Assembly: GCA_045125935.1 (NCBI GenBank)
Contig: JBGVNW010000068.1
Location: 133,746-197,745 of the forward strand
Reading direction: 5' to 3'
DNA: 64,000 nucleotides
Source of the DNA: Bacilli bacterium
GTDB lineage: Bacteria; Bacillota_I; Bacilli_A; RF39; UBA660
Shown here: piece after piece, positions 54,658 to 64,000 of the stretch
Layout of the letters: the number at the start of each line of letters is the position of its first letter
How positions within the stretch are numbered: position 1 is the first letter of the stretch
Translations under genes and position numbers: made by a program
The notes under the pieces: model-generated
Told to the model about the DNA's origin: nothing
The model's database searches: none
Seen by the model: the letters and a program-made list of their open reading frames with translations, nothing else

Positions 54658-56151
54658 ATGCTATTACATATTGATGACACAAAAAAATATCTTGTAATTG
54701 ATCGTTGCACACAAGTAGAATACGATCAATTAATTCTTTCGTATCAGAAATATGCAAAAAAATATAAATTTCATCCGAAATATAAAAGTGGTCTTTGGGA
54801 CGGTAAAATAAATTTTATAAAAGGTCAATATATTCCTGCAACAACATACAAATATCTTTTTGATTTGTGTAGCGAATATAATTTCGACTGTGAAATAAAT
54901 GGTTTAGAATCCATCATAGACGAAGATATTAATTTTGAAGATTTCAAAACTTGGGTTGATGATTTTTTCAAAGATACTAAATGGAAACCAAGATACTATC
55001 AAATAGACTCCGCTTATAACATAATCAAATATAGACGATGTATGGGGAATAGTTGTACAAGTTCTGGTAAGACTTTATTATCGTTTATGATATTTGCATA
55101 TTTGCTTACACATAAAAAAGTTAATAAAATATTAGTTGTTGTTCCAACAGTTGGTCTTGTATTACAAACATCTGGTGATTATGAAGAATATAATTCGGAT
55201 AAACTTCCTATCAATATACAACAAGTATATTCAGGATGTAAATATAGAGAAAATACAAATATAGTTGTCGGAACATATCAAACACTTACAAAAGAACCAA
55301 AAGAATTTTTTGATCAATTTGATTGTGTATTTGTAGACGAAGTTCATAAAGGTTCTTGCACATCTATCCAAAAAATTTTAGATAATTGTAACTATGAATA
55401 TAAATTTGGATTGAGTGGAACAATTCCAAATATGAAAACTGCAGAAGGTCTTACACTTTGTAGTAGTCTTGGACCGATAGTTTTCAATATAACCGCATCA
55501 CAATTACAAGATGAAGGTTATATATCTAATTGTAAAATAACGCAAGTTAGACTCAATTATACAAGTGATGAACAAAAAGAAAGTTTCAAAAACGCCAAAA
55601 AACAATTATCTAAAGTTGGTAAAGGTGCTGACATGTATCGCATTGAAACAAAATTTATTAACGAATCACAAAAAAGATTCAATGTTATAACTAAACTAAT
55701 TTCTAAAACCGATAAAAATACAATGGTTTTATTTAAAGAGATTGACTATGGAAAGCAATTGTTCAAATGGTTAAAAGAAAACACCAATAAAATGGTTTAT
55801 TACATTGATGGACAGATAAGCACCGAAGTCCGAGAAGAAATTAGAAAACGAATGGAATTAAAAAATGATGTTATTTTAGTTGCAAGTTTCGGAACATCAA
55901 GCACAGGTATTTCTATCAATAATATTTTTAACATATTCTTTGTAAGTAGTTATAAATCAACATCTACCATTCTCCAAAGTATCGGTCGTGGATTGAGAAA
56001 AAGTGATGCTATTGGAAAAGACTTTGTGAATATATATGACATATCTGATGATTTATATACTGGGTGCTATGAAATGAGTCACGCAAGAGAAAGAATTAAA
56101 ATATATGAAAGTCAATGTTTTCCTTATGATGTTAAAAAACTTAAAATATAA
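54658..56151 (+). CDS. superfamily 2 DNA helicase (DEVH box)
   Basis: Walker A CTSSGKTLL, Walker B VFVDEVHKG, motif III LSGTIPN, motif VI QSIGRGLRK. Confidence 0.8.
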   Translation: MLLHIDDTKKYLVIDRCTQVEYDQLILSYQKYAKKYKFHPKYKSGLWDGKINFIKGQYIPATTYKYLFDLCSEYNFDCEINGLESIIDEDINFEDFKTWVDDFFKDTKWKPRYYQIDSAYNIIKYRRCMGNSCTSSGKTLLSFMIFAYLLTHKKVNKILVVVPTVGLVLQTSGDYEEYNSDKLPINIQQVYSGCKYRENTNIVVGTYQTLTKEPKEFFDQFDCVFVDEVHKGSCTSIQKILDNCNYEYKFGLSGTIPNMKTAEGLTLCSSLGPIVFNITASQLQDEGYISNCKITQVRLNYTSDEQKESFKNAKKQLSKVGKGADMYRIETKFINESQKRFNVITKLISKTDKNTMVLFKEIDYGKQLFKWLKENTNKMVYYIDGQISTEVREEIRKRMELKNDVILVASFGTSSTGISINNIFNIFFVSSYKSTSTILQSIGRGLRKSDAIGKDFVNIYDISDDLYTGCYEMSHARERIKIYESQCFPYDVKKLKI

Positions 56152-56187
56152 GAAAGAGAGGAACTTAAATTCCTCTCTTTCTTTTTA
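56150..56187. terminator. bidirectional terminator (agagaggaa/ttcctctct family)
   Basis: agaaagagaggaa-cttaaa-ttcctctctttct followed by ttttt, between convergent genes. Confidence 0.7.
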
Positions 56188-59100
56188 TTGCGGTTTAAAT
56201 GTATATTTATTTTTACCTGTATTGATATTTATTCTTTCATTAATATATTCTTTATAATTCACTATAGATTGTTCGTCATTATCATTAATCATAAAATCAT
56301 AATATACAACACTATACTGATCTACTGGAATAAATACAAAGTTATCATCTAACGGCGAACCATTATATTTAGGCAATATAATATTTTTACCTAAACCATA
56401 ATATCCAATAACAAATGAACTACTGTTGTTTTTATGATTTGCCGTTGTTAAATCATTCACAGCAAAACTATCATCAAACACACGACCATTTAAGAATATT
56501 GTCAATATACCAGATACAAAATTATCTAAATAAACTTCCCTGTTTTTAATAGCAATTGGACAACCATAATCTTCAATCATATTATATGCATTCTTTCTAC
56601 CACACAGATTTAAATCAACATAAAATCTATCAATAAAATCATTCCAACCGTTTATTGTTGATATACCAACATCTATTGTCCATGTATTTACTTTTTCAAT
56701 TGATGACTCTATTATATCAGTATAATATCCTCTTTGATGTCCAATTATATATTTATTACTAAAATCAATATCTTGGTTATTTTCAATGAACACATGTTTA
56801 GCATCACGAACATTTTCCCACTTTACACTCTTATCAGTAGTAAAATAGTATTGATTATGATATTCCAAACTCAAATTTGCAATATTAAAATCTCTATTTG
56901 TTTTATATCCATTAATATTAACACCATTTGGTTTTATTGGCATGTTCCAATGTTTTGGTAAATTATACCTAAAATTAAATATATTCATCAAACTTTTACT
57001 TGATGTGAAATTAGCAGGAACATACACAAACTGTCCAAGATTTTTATCACCACTAACAGGTTTTCTCTTCTTTAACATACCATCATCATCTCTAAATACA
57101 ACACAATATGTTTCATTATCACTATCGCTGTCAGATTCTATTTCAACAATATTAGTTATATTATTCAAAATTGAATTATCCAATCCACCTTCACTATCAT
57201 AATAATACTCAAGATTTGGCATTATATTGACATTCTTGAAAATATTTGGAATAGGTTGATTATTAATCTTCTTTGTTAAATTTCTTGGTATAACACCGAT
57301 AATATTTGAATTTGCAAATATGCTATCTATTGTTGCGGTGCTATTACATCCATATAAGAAATCTGGTGGTAAGCAACAATAAGTTTTTTGAATTGTATTG
57401 TTATTAGATTTATTTTCAGGATCAAAAGGCATATTATCTTTAGTATTACCATAATATGTAAAATCTTGTAATAAATCATGATTGTTTAATGTATAATCGC
57501 CTATTTCATTATCTGATATGAAATCCGTATAATTATCTAAACAATCGTCAAACACATCATTATCAAGAATATACTTTTCATAAGAATTAAATATGATATT
57601 ATACTTATAATACACAAATCCATTTTCGTCATGTTTATTTTCTTCACCATCTCCTGTTGAAATATAATTTCTATAACCGATGATATTTACATTTGATTCA
57701 CTATTATGATCAAACCAGTTTTTACAATTTACAAATTTTGTATTATAAAAACATTCTTTCAAATTACTTATATCAGATTTATATGTATATTCATATAATT
57801 TAGCAACATCTGATTGATTTTCTGATAATAAAATATCAGATTCTTTGTAATTTTTACTTCGCTTACAGAAATAATCATATGTAAGAGGTGTTGATAAATA
57901 TGTGTTTGCAAATGTTCTTTGTGCTATAGTAAAGTTAGGTAATTTTTCAAAGAAAGATCTTCCTAAATTTAAAACACCACCTGTATATATACCTTTATCT
58001 CCTCCATAAGAATTAGCAAATGGTTTGTAGTCACTTGTACAATTTTCAAATAAGAAACTTATATTTATAATATTATCTAAAGTTTTTTCTGTTTCAAACT
58101 TAATTTCTTCATTATTATATTCTGTAATTGTACAATAACTAAAAATATTTGTTAATCGTTTGAAATCTTTATTTTTTTCATTCGTTGCTATCTCTACTAT
58201 CTTTTCAAGAACTTTTTTGAAATTATTATAAGTAATTGTTTTATTTACTCTAAAACCATTTGATAAATTATTACTTGTTTGTCCTTCAAATAGACTTGTA
58301 ACACCTTCTGTTACATTCTCATCCCAATTAAAGAAATTATATAAATCTATTACTTGAGTGCTATTATTAATATAATCATCATTAAAACTATTACTTATTG
58401 ATGTTATATTTTTACAAGGTCGCAACAATCCTTCAATATTATAATTACTCAATTTACCATTAAGAAAATTAGATATAGTCTTAACATTTGGAAATAAATT
58501 AAACATACCTCTAAAATCAATAATACAATCATCACCAAAATTTAATGAATTGATAGAAGTAATATTATTATATGCCAATATAATATCATCAGTTTTTGTA
58601 TGGTAGAAAAATTTACATATATCAAACGCTCCATTCAATTCTCCTGCGGTTTTATATTGATTTGAAATTCCATCATATTCATATATAATAAATTTAATAC
58701 CTGAATAAGTTTCTAATCTATATGATATATTTTCCAAAGCATCGCTTGAAATATCTACCCCAGAAGACATATTTGATTTTATAAACGAATTCCATGATAA
58801 TCCATTTTCGGGATTATTTTTAGTAGCAGGTAAACTTAATAATTGTTTAGATATAAATGTTACACCCGTATTCTCATACATTCCAGAAATATCAGTTAAA
58901 GAAGTGTATCCATCTAATTTAGGACTATATTTGCGATTTTTATAATCAGAAGCAGCGTCAACTTTAGTATATATTATATCTTTTCTTCCTTTAAAACATC
59001 CAGATAATGATGTAATTTTTTCCTTAACGCTAACAGGAACACATGTTTCAATAAACCTAATAGCGGTTTTCATATTAAATTTAGCATCATCTGCTGAATT

Positions 59101-62100
59101 GGTTGATGAACCAGACATATAAAATGTATTTTCCAAAGATGTACAATTTTCAGAAACAGTGATATTTGTATATGCTATGTAATTTCCATTACCTATCATT
59201 TCTAAACCCTTATTCCAATCACTTCTTACCATATTGTAATTAGGACAATTGTTGAAAGCACCATCAGAACATAATATTAATTTAAAACCTTTAGGATATA
59301 TTGGGAACATTACATTTTCATAATCACCCACACCTTCAATATAATCATCTGCGGGAGTTTTATCATCTTCATCTCTGAAAGCAGGTAAAATACCTGTATC
59401 AATCCATTTCAAATTGATATTATTATTCATACCATCAGTTTCAATATCATGATCTGGTAATTTAATATGAACTAACTTATCACAATTTTTAAGGGTAACT
59501 CTTTTTAAATTAGGATAATTTGTAAAGTCAAATACACCCGATGTACCTTCAGTACCTAATGATATTTTATCTAACTTCGATTCAACTTCATCTTTTCCAA
59601 TTTTCATCAAATCGATATATATTTCTTCAAGAGCACCATCTATTGAAAGATTTTCAAGGTTATTACAACTTTCTATACGAACTTTTCTAAATCCGACAAG
59701 ACTCAAATTTTTCAATCTTGTGTCACCAGATATTGAAAATTCAGACAAATCACCTGTATTAAAATCAGAATCAAAAAGAGAATCAGAATCTTCACCATCC
59801 CATTTAGAATTATTTTTAATACGAATATCTTCTATATTAGTATTATTACAAATAAACTTTCCAGTAACACCAGTTATATCAAGAAGATTTAATGTTGTTT
59901 TATGTTTTTCATCAACACCACTTATAATAAAGTTTTCACCAGTTAAATAATCACTACCAGAAACCACAATACCATTATTAAGTGAATTAACACCAGATAT
60001 ATTAACATATTGTAAGTTAGGGAAATTTTGGAAATTTCCATAAAATCCACTTTTGGCAATATTGATTTTCATTAATGATATACATCTATCACTAATCAAT
60101 AACTCACCACCCATGTTTTCAATATCCAATTTTATTTCTCTAACAGATTTAGCATCTATAGTAAATCCACCAGTATAATTGCTAACTTTAGATCCACCAT
60201 ATGTTATCTTTTCAATATTATCAGATATAATACTTTTATATTGGGTAAACATACTTTCTATTTTATTCACAGAATTAAACATTCCAGAACCATAAAATCT
60301 GGCAGCAATTGATTCGCCAATATTTTCAAAAAATATTAAATTAGGTTTATCAACACCACCTGGTAACAAATACATTTTTGCATCATCTGTACCTGTTCTA
60401 AAAATAAATGGAGTATGTTTTGGTGCATATATTTCAACTTCACCACTAAAATTAGATAGTGCAGTATTGTGTTGATTGCTATCAAATGCTGAATGCAAAA
60501 TAGTAATATCATTATTATCCGATAACTTATCTTTATATTCATTACCCGGACCTGGAACCAATAAATTTCTATCATTATATACAGGAACTTGTAATCCATT
60601 AACATTCATCATAACATCTATAAAACGAAGTCTCTTTGTTAGCCAATTTTTAACTTTTATTCTACGACTACCATTAAATGCAGCAGCATTCGCAAGATAT
60701 TGTTCTATTGGTTTATCATTGCTATCAAATGTTTGTCCATTATATAAATACTTAACTCTATAATTTAAAGACGCTAAATATTCAAATGTAGATGTTATAC
60801 CAGATTTAAAATAATTATTAATAAAATAATCAGCACTTCTCAATGCACCTTCAGAATTTCGCAATGCCGCCCAAAAGTTTTGAGGATAATGGAATAAATT
60901 AGATTCATATTTTTCTTCTGAATCTGGCAAAGATTCAAAAATTGGTTTCGCATATTTAATTACGGCAAATAAATAACTAGAAGTAAAGTCAAATCCTTTA
61001 CCACCTTCTGAACTATCCCAATAATCATTTTCTTTTACAATCTCACCAACTTTATTTTTTTCATCCATTTTAGAATACCAATAATCAGTAGCGGCGAGAT
61101 ATGAAATCTTTTCTTCACCATCATTCGCTTCTTCAAGAGCACAGTCCATATCATAGAATGCACAATGGAAATTATAACCATCTTCCTTACTTCTGAAATT
61201 TTTTAGATTCATGTTCTTTAAAACAGAATCCACCATACCAAATGCCATACATATTGTATAATATTCAGATGCTGAAGTAAAATTCAATATTGGTTTATTT
61301 GCATTACCATCTTCAAGAGTGTATGTAGTAATTAATTTTTTCAAATCAATATCACTCACATTATCAAAATCTTCTTCTGTTTCATACCATTCGATATTAG
61401 AACCAAACTCGTCAGATATATTATTATACTTCTTTTGCCATTTTGGGTGTGGAATTTTTTTCTCATTATATCTGTTTATACATCCATATCCATATACAGT
61501 ATCTCCATTATCGTCAATTGTAAACTCTCTAGAAGGAACAAAATCATTAACTCTACCAACTCGTTCGAAGCAGAACTTACCTGCTTTTGCAACACCTTTA
61601 ACTAAATTTTGTAATGCTGTCTGTGCACCATCAATATCTGTCGCTGTAATTTTGCTGTCATCACCAAACATACAAGCATTATTACCTTTCGTTTTCTTAA
61701 ATAACAAAGTTTCATCAAATTGATGAAAATCAAATTCTGGATAATTATCTTGGATTTCACCGACAGCAATATTTGGACTCAATACACCTTCTCCGACAGC
61801 AAATGTAAATACCTTATCTTTAAAATATTTAGAAGAATTTTCGTCTTGAATATTATAAAACACTCTCATAAAATCACTTCTATTTTCTTGTACATCTACA
61901 ATACCACCAGTATAACCAAGATTATAATAAGAATTTCTACCAAGGTTAAAATTATATATACCAAAATAATATGTCTTTGTAATATCAGTTATACCATCAA
62001 TATCCTTACCTTTACACATGAAGTATAACAATACAGGTATGCCCTCCAATGTGTTTTTTACAAATTTTTTAGCATCTGCAGTAGCATCTGGGATATTTGT

Positions 62101-64000
62101 ATCTATTTTTGTACAAACATCATTAACAAACTTACCGATAGATGTGTTATTAGCATGAGCACTATCTGCGATATCTGCTTTTATAGTCCATTCAATATCT
62201 GGTAAAAATGTTTTATTATCTTCAATATCAAATTTAGGACTAAACAATATTTTGTCTTTTCCACTTTGACTTTCACTTTTAATTCTCAATGAGTAATTTT
62301 TAATTCTATTTCTCATTGTAGATGTTCCCTGAAGATCAATTTCCCATGAACCTGTAATATTCTGATTATTTGTGTTATCTTTAAGACCACTTGGAATATT
62401 AACCAAATGTTCGCTCATATTACCTATAGCACCTGCTGGTATCCAATATAAATCTATCTTTCTACTACCGAATGTTGTATCTCCATTTGGTCTACCTGCC
62501 CACATCAATTCCATAAATTCTGATAGCGATTTTTGAGAACCATTTTCACAATCATAACTAAATACAACTGTAGGCAATTCACTTCTATTTGCAATATCCA
62601 TTATAATTGATGAATCGACAACAACATTCGTTCCGTCAAACAAAATACGATTCATATTTTCTTTGATGAATATCTCACCTTCTGTCAAACGATTTTCGTT
62701 AGAACCAGAATTTACATATTTCTCTTTATACGATAACCAATATTGATATGCATATGCATCTGGATTGAATTTGGTTGTAACACCATTGTATGTATATGAT
62801 GGTGAAAAATATTGAATATTAATTAAATTATAACATATATTAATATTATTTAACACCAATTTATTAACAACGGATGATACAGAATATGTAGATCTATCTA
62901 CAGATTCTATTAATCCATCAATATACAAACTATCCTCAAATACAGGAACGCCATCTGGACTATCAGATAAATTTCTAATTATCTGAACTAAATGATATTG
63001 ACTATTATCATTTTTATTTAAAATTTCTGTAGGTATAGCAATCTTATTAATTTCGCTATCTACATTTGTAAATAATCTCGTTGTTCTCAACGGATACTTC
63101 GCATCTGTTGTAGATGATGTTGTATATATATCTACAATTTTAGCATTTTCAGAATTAATATCACTAACTTGAATACCAAAAGTTATTACAGTGCAAATAT
63201 TATCTGTAATACCACCCCAGTTAGATTGAACTAATTCGATATGTTTCGACGAAGTTGTTAAACTTAAAACTCCATCACCAGATGATAATGCTGGAAATGA
63301 TTTATATGTATCGCTACCTTGATTAGATCTAAAGTAACTATCCATAACAACATTATATCTATTGCTATCAAACCAATCACATTCAGACTTAAAAGACTTT
63401 ACAAATACATATTTATAAAATTCTTTATCAATATTAGACGCATCACCTTTAGTTCCTTTTGTTGTAATTTTAATTTGTTTTATACCTCCTGTTGGAAATG
63501 TTACTGAAACACCCTTAACAGATTCTATTTGTTCTGTTAATTGATCGCTTTCAGATATATTCAACCTATTCCAGTCTATAATATCACCATTATCATTAAT
63601 AACAGCATCATATGTATTGAATACAACATTATATGAACTTGGTATAGAAGACATAACACCTTCAAATACCTTACAATACATCATTAAAGATGAACCTTGA
63701 CTTATATGCTTATATGGGATACCATCTTTACCATTTTTTATATCAGATTTTAGTAACTCAATATCATCATATAAAACATCGCCAGCAGTTCTTACATTAA
63801 TATACAAGTCAGATGGAACAATACTAAATAAGAAACTTCTTATTCTAATAACTTCTCTACCAGTAATTTTATAAGAAAGTGTTGCTTTTAATGTATATGT
63901 TCCCATATATTTGTTTTGGAGAATCGGTTCATTATTAATAAATATTTCACAATTCTCACCTTCAATTGGTATATCCTTATTTTCGCTACCTTCGTAAATT
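56185..64000 (-). CDS. giant protein (>2600 aa), 5'-partial at window edge; virion/tail-associated function suspected
   Basis: The ORF track gives 2573 aa from a Met at 63906. The same frame stays open through 63907-64000 (IYEGSENKDIPIEGENCEIFINNEPILQNKY precedes MGTY), so the gene continues beyond the window. Confidence 0.6.
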   Translation of the reverse strand, partial: IYEGSENKDIPIEGENCEIFINNEPILQNKYMGTYTLKATLSYKITGREVIRIRSFLFSIVPSDLYINVRTAGDVLYDDIELLKSDIKNGKDGIPYKHISQGSSLMMYCKVFEGVMSSIPSSYNVVFNTYDAVINDNGDIIDWNRLNISESDQLTEQIESVKGVSVTFPTGGIKQIKITTKGTKGDASNIDKEFYKYVFVKSFKSECDWFDSNRYNVVMDSYFRSNQGSDTYKSFPALSSGDGVLSLTTSSKHIELVQSNWGGITDNICTVITFGIQVSDINSENAKIVDIYTTSSTTDAKYPLRTTRLFTNVDSEINKIAIPTEILNKNDNSQYHLVQIIRNLSDSPDGVPVFEDSLYIDGLIESVDRSTYSVSSVVNKLVLNNINICYNLINIQYFSPSYTYNGVTTKFNPDAYAYQYWLSYKEKYVNSGSNENRLTEGEIFIKENMNRILFDGTNVVVDSSIIMDIANRSELPTVVFSYDCENGSQKSLSEFMELMWAGRPNGDTTFGSRKIDLYWIPAGAIGNMSEHLVNIPSGLKDNTNNQNITGSWEIDLQGTSTMRNRIKNYSLRIKSESQSGKDKILFSPKFDIEDNKTFLPDIEWTIKADIADSAHANNTSIGKFVNDVCTKIDTNIPDATADAKKFVKNTLEGIPVLLYFMCKGKDIDGITDITKTYYFGIYNFNLGRNSYYNLGYTGGIVDVQENRSDFMRVFYNIQDENSSKYFKDKVFTFAVGEGVLSPNIAVGEIQDNYPEFDFHQFDETLLFKKTKGNNACMFGDDSKITATDIDGAQTALQNLVKGVAKAGKFCFERVGRVNDFVPSREFTIDDNGDTVYGYGCINRYNEKKIPHPKWQKKYNNISDEFGSNIEWYETEEDFDNVSDIDLKKLITTYTLEDGNANKPILNFTSASEYYTICMAFGMVDSVLKNMNLKNFRSKEDGYNFHCAFYDMDCALEEANDGEEKISYLAATDYWYSKMDEKNKVGEIVKENDYWDSSEGGKGFDFTSSYLFAVIKYAKPIFESLPDSEEKYESNLFHYPQNFWAALRNSEGALRSADYFINNYFKSGITSTFEYLASLNYRVKYLYNGQTFDSNDKPIEQYLANAAAFNGSRRIKVKNWLTKRLRFIDVMMNVNGLQVPVYNDRNLLVPGPGNEYKDKLSDNNDITILHSAFDSNQHNTALSNFSGEVEIYAPKHTPFIFRTGTDDAKMYLLPGGVDKPNLIFFENIGESIAARFYGSGMFNSVNKIESMFTQYKSIISDNIEKITYGGSKVSNYTGGFTIDAKSVREIKLDIENMGGELLISDRCISLMKINIAKSGFYGNFQNFPNLQYVNISGVNSLNNGIVVSGSDYLTGENFIISGVDEKHKTTLNLLDITGVTGKFICNNTNIEDIRIKNNSKWDGEDSDSLFDSDFNTGDLSEFSISGDTRLKNLSLVGFRKVRIESCNNLENLSIDGALEEIYIDLMKIGKDEVESKLDKISLGTEGTSGVFDFTNYPNLKRVTLKNCDKLVHIKLPDHDIETDGMNNNINLKWIDTGILPAFRDEDDKTPADDYIEGVGDYENVMFPIYPKGFKLILCSDGAFNNCPNYNMVRSDWNKGLEMIGNGNYIAYTNITVSENCTSLENTFYMSGSSTNSADDAKFNMKTAIRFIETCVPVSVKEKITSLSGCFKGRKDIIYTKVDAASDYKNRKYSPKLDGYTSLTDISGMYENTGVTFISKQLLSLPATKNNPENGLSWNSFIKSNMSSGVDISSDALENISYRLETYSGIKFIIYEYDGISNQYKTAGELNGAFDICKFFYHTKTDDIILAYNNITSINSLNFGDDCIIDFRGMFNLFPNVKTISNFLNGKLSNYNIEGLLRPCKNITSISNSFNDDYINNSTQVIDLYNFFNWDENVTEGVTSLFEGQTSNNLSNGFRVNKTITYNNFKKVLEKIVEIATNEKNKDFKRLTNIFSYCTITEYNNEEIKFETEKTLDNIINISFLFENCTSDYKPFANSYGGDKGIYTGGVLNLGRSFFEKLPNFTIAQRTFANTYLSTPLTYDYFCKRSKNYKESDILLSENQSDVAKLYEYTYKSDISNLKECFYNTKFVNCKNWFDHNSESNVNIIGYRNYISTGDGEENKHDENGFVYYKYNIIFNSYEKYILDNDVFDDCLDNYTDFISDNEIGDYTLNNHDLLQDFTYYGNTKDNMPFDPENKSNNNTIQKTYCCLPPDFLYGCNSTATIDSIFANSNIIGVIPRNLTKKINNQPIPNIFKNVNIMPNLEYYYDSEGGLDNSILNNITNIVEIESDSDSDNETYCVVFRDDDGMLKKRKPVSGDKNLGQFVYVPANFTSSKSLMNIFNFRYNLPKHWNMPIKPNGVNINGYKTNRDFNIANLSLEYHNQYYFTTDKSVKWENVRDAKHVFIENNQDIDFSNKYIIGHQRGYYTDIIESSIEKVNTWTIDVGISTINGWNDFIDRFYVDLNLCGRKNAYNMIEDYGCPIAIKNREVYLDNFVSGILTIFLNGRVFDDSFAVNDLTTANHKNNSSSFVIGYYGLGKNIILPKYNGSPLDDNFVFIPVDQYSVVYYDFMINDNDEQSIVNYKEYINERININTGKNKYTFKPQ

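Noticed and set aside
56185-63906. Calling the giant protein a virion RNA polymerase
   Set aside because: No double-psi beta-barrel catalytic DxDGD-type motif or other RNAP signature could be seen, so the call was left as a giant structural protein.
1-64000. CRISPR array
   Set aside because: No series of regularly spaced identical 25-40 nt direct repeats was seen. The repeats found are 36-nt and 75-nt in-frame coding repeats inside fibre/adhesin genes and dispersed terminator hairpins.

Overview
This AT-rich window (visibly well over half A+T) is densely coding and looks like a segment of a large tailed dsDNA phage, or a prophage. The host is probably in the Bacteroidota. Many genes are preceded by the Bacteroidota-type promoter pair TTTG ... 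TAnnTTTG, and a second recurring upstream motif, TTTACATAAATA, is also present.

Content by module:
- Accessory/early block (199-9913, + strand): an orphan EcoRI-methylase-like N6-adenine DNA methyltransferase, a protein with a C-terminal phosphoribosyltransferase (PRTase) motif, a possible PD-(D/E)xK nuclease, small membrane proteins, an IS607-like element (serine-recombinase TnpA plus a TnpB without its zinc finger), a clear SmpB homolog translationally coupled to an upstream gene, a vWA (MIDAS DGSGSM) protein, and an acidic-tailed protein.
- Tail fibre / adhesin region (about 9.9-43.3 kb, mostly - strand): at least five fibre paralogs share an N-terminal anchor motif (YLDLxGLxKYDELIK) and carry exchangeable repeat modules. 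The region also holds a BspA-type LRR protein, two DUF285-like repeat proteins with 75-nt DNA-level tandem repeats, a CE4-deacetylase-like protein with a fibre-like N-terminus, and tandem glycosyltransferase-like paralogs.
- Mobile elements: two further TnpB-family genes. One is canonical (32689-33819) and is flanked by a diverged direct duplication of the 3' end of the gene it follows. The other (44995-46203) has lost its zinc-finger cysteines and the RuvC-II glutamate.
- Lysis: an endolysin with a peptidoglycan-binding domain and an Amidase_2 domain.
- Replication module (51.5-56.2 kb): a RuvC-like resolvase, an AEP-primase-like protein and an SF2 DEVH helicase.
- A giant (>2600 aa) protein on the - strand runs off the window end.

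Several families of near-identical terminator hairpins are reused across the window. No tRNA, rRNA or CRISPR array could be recognised by eye.
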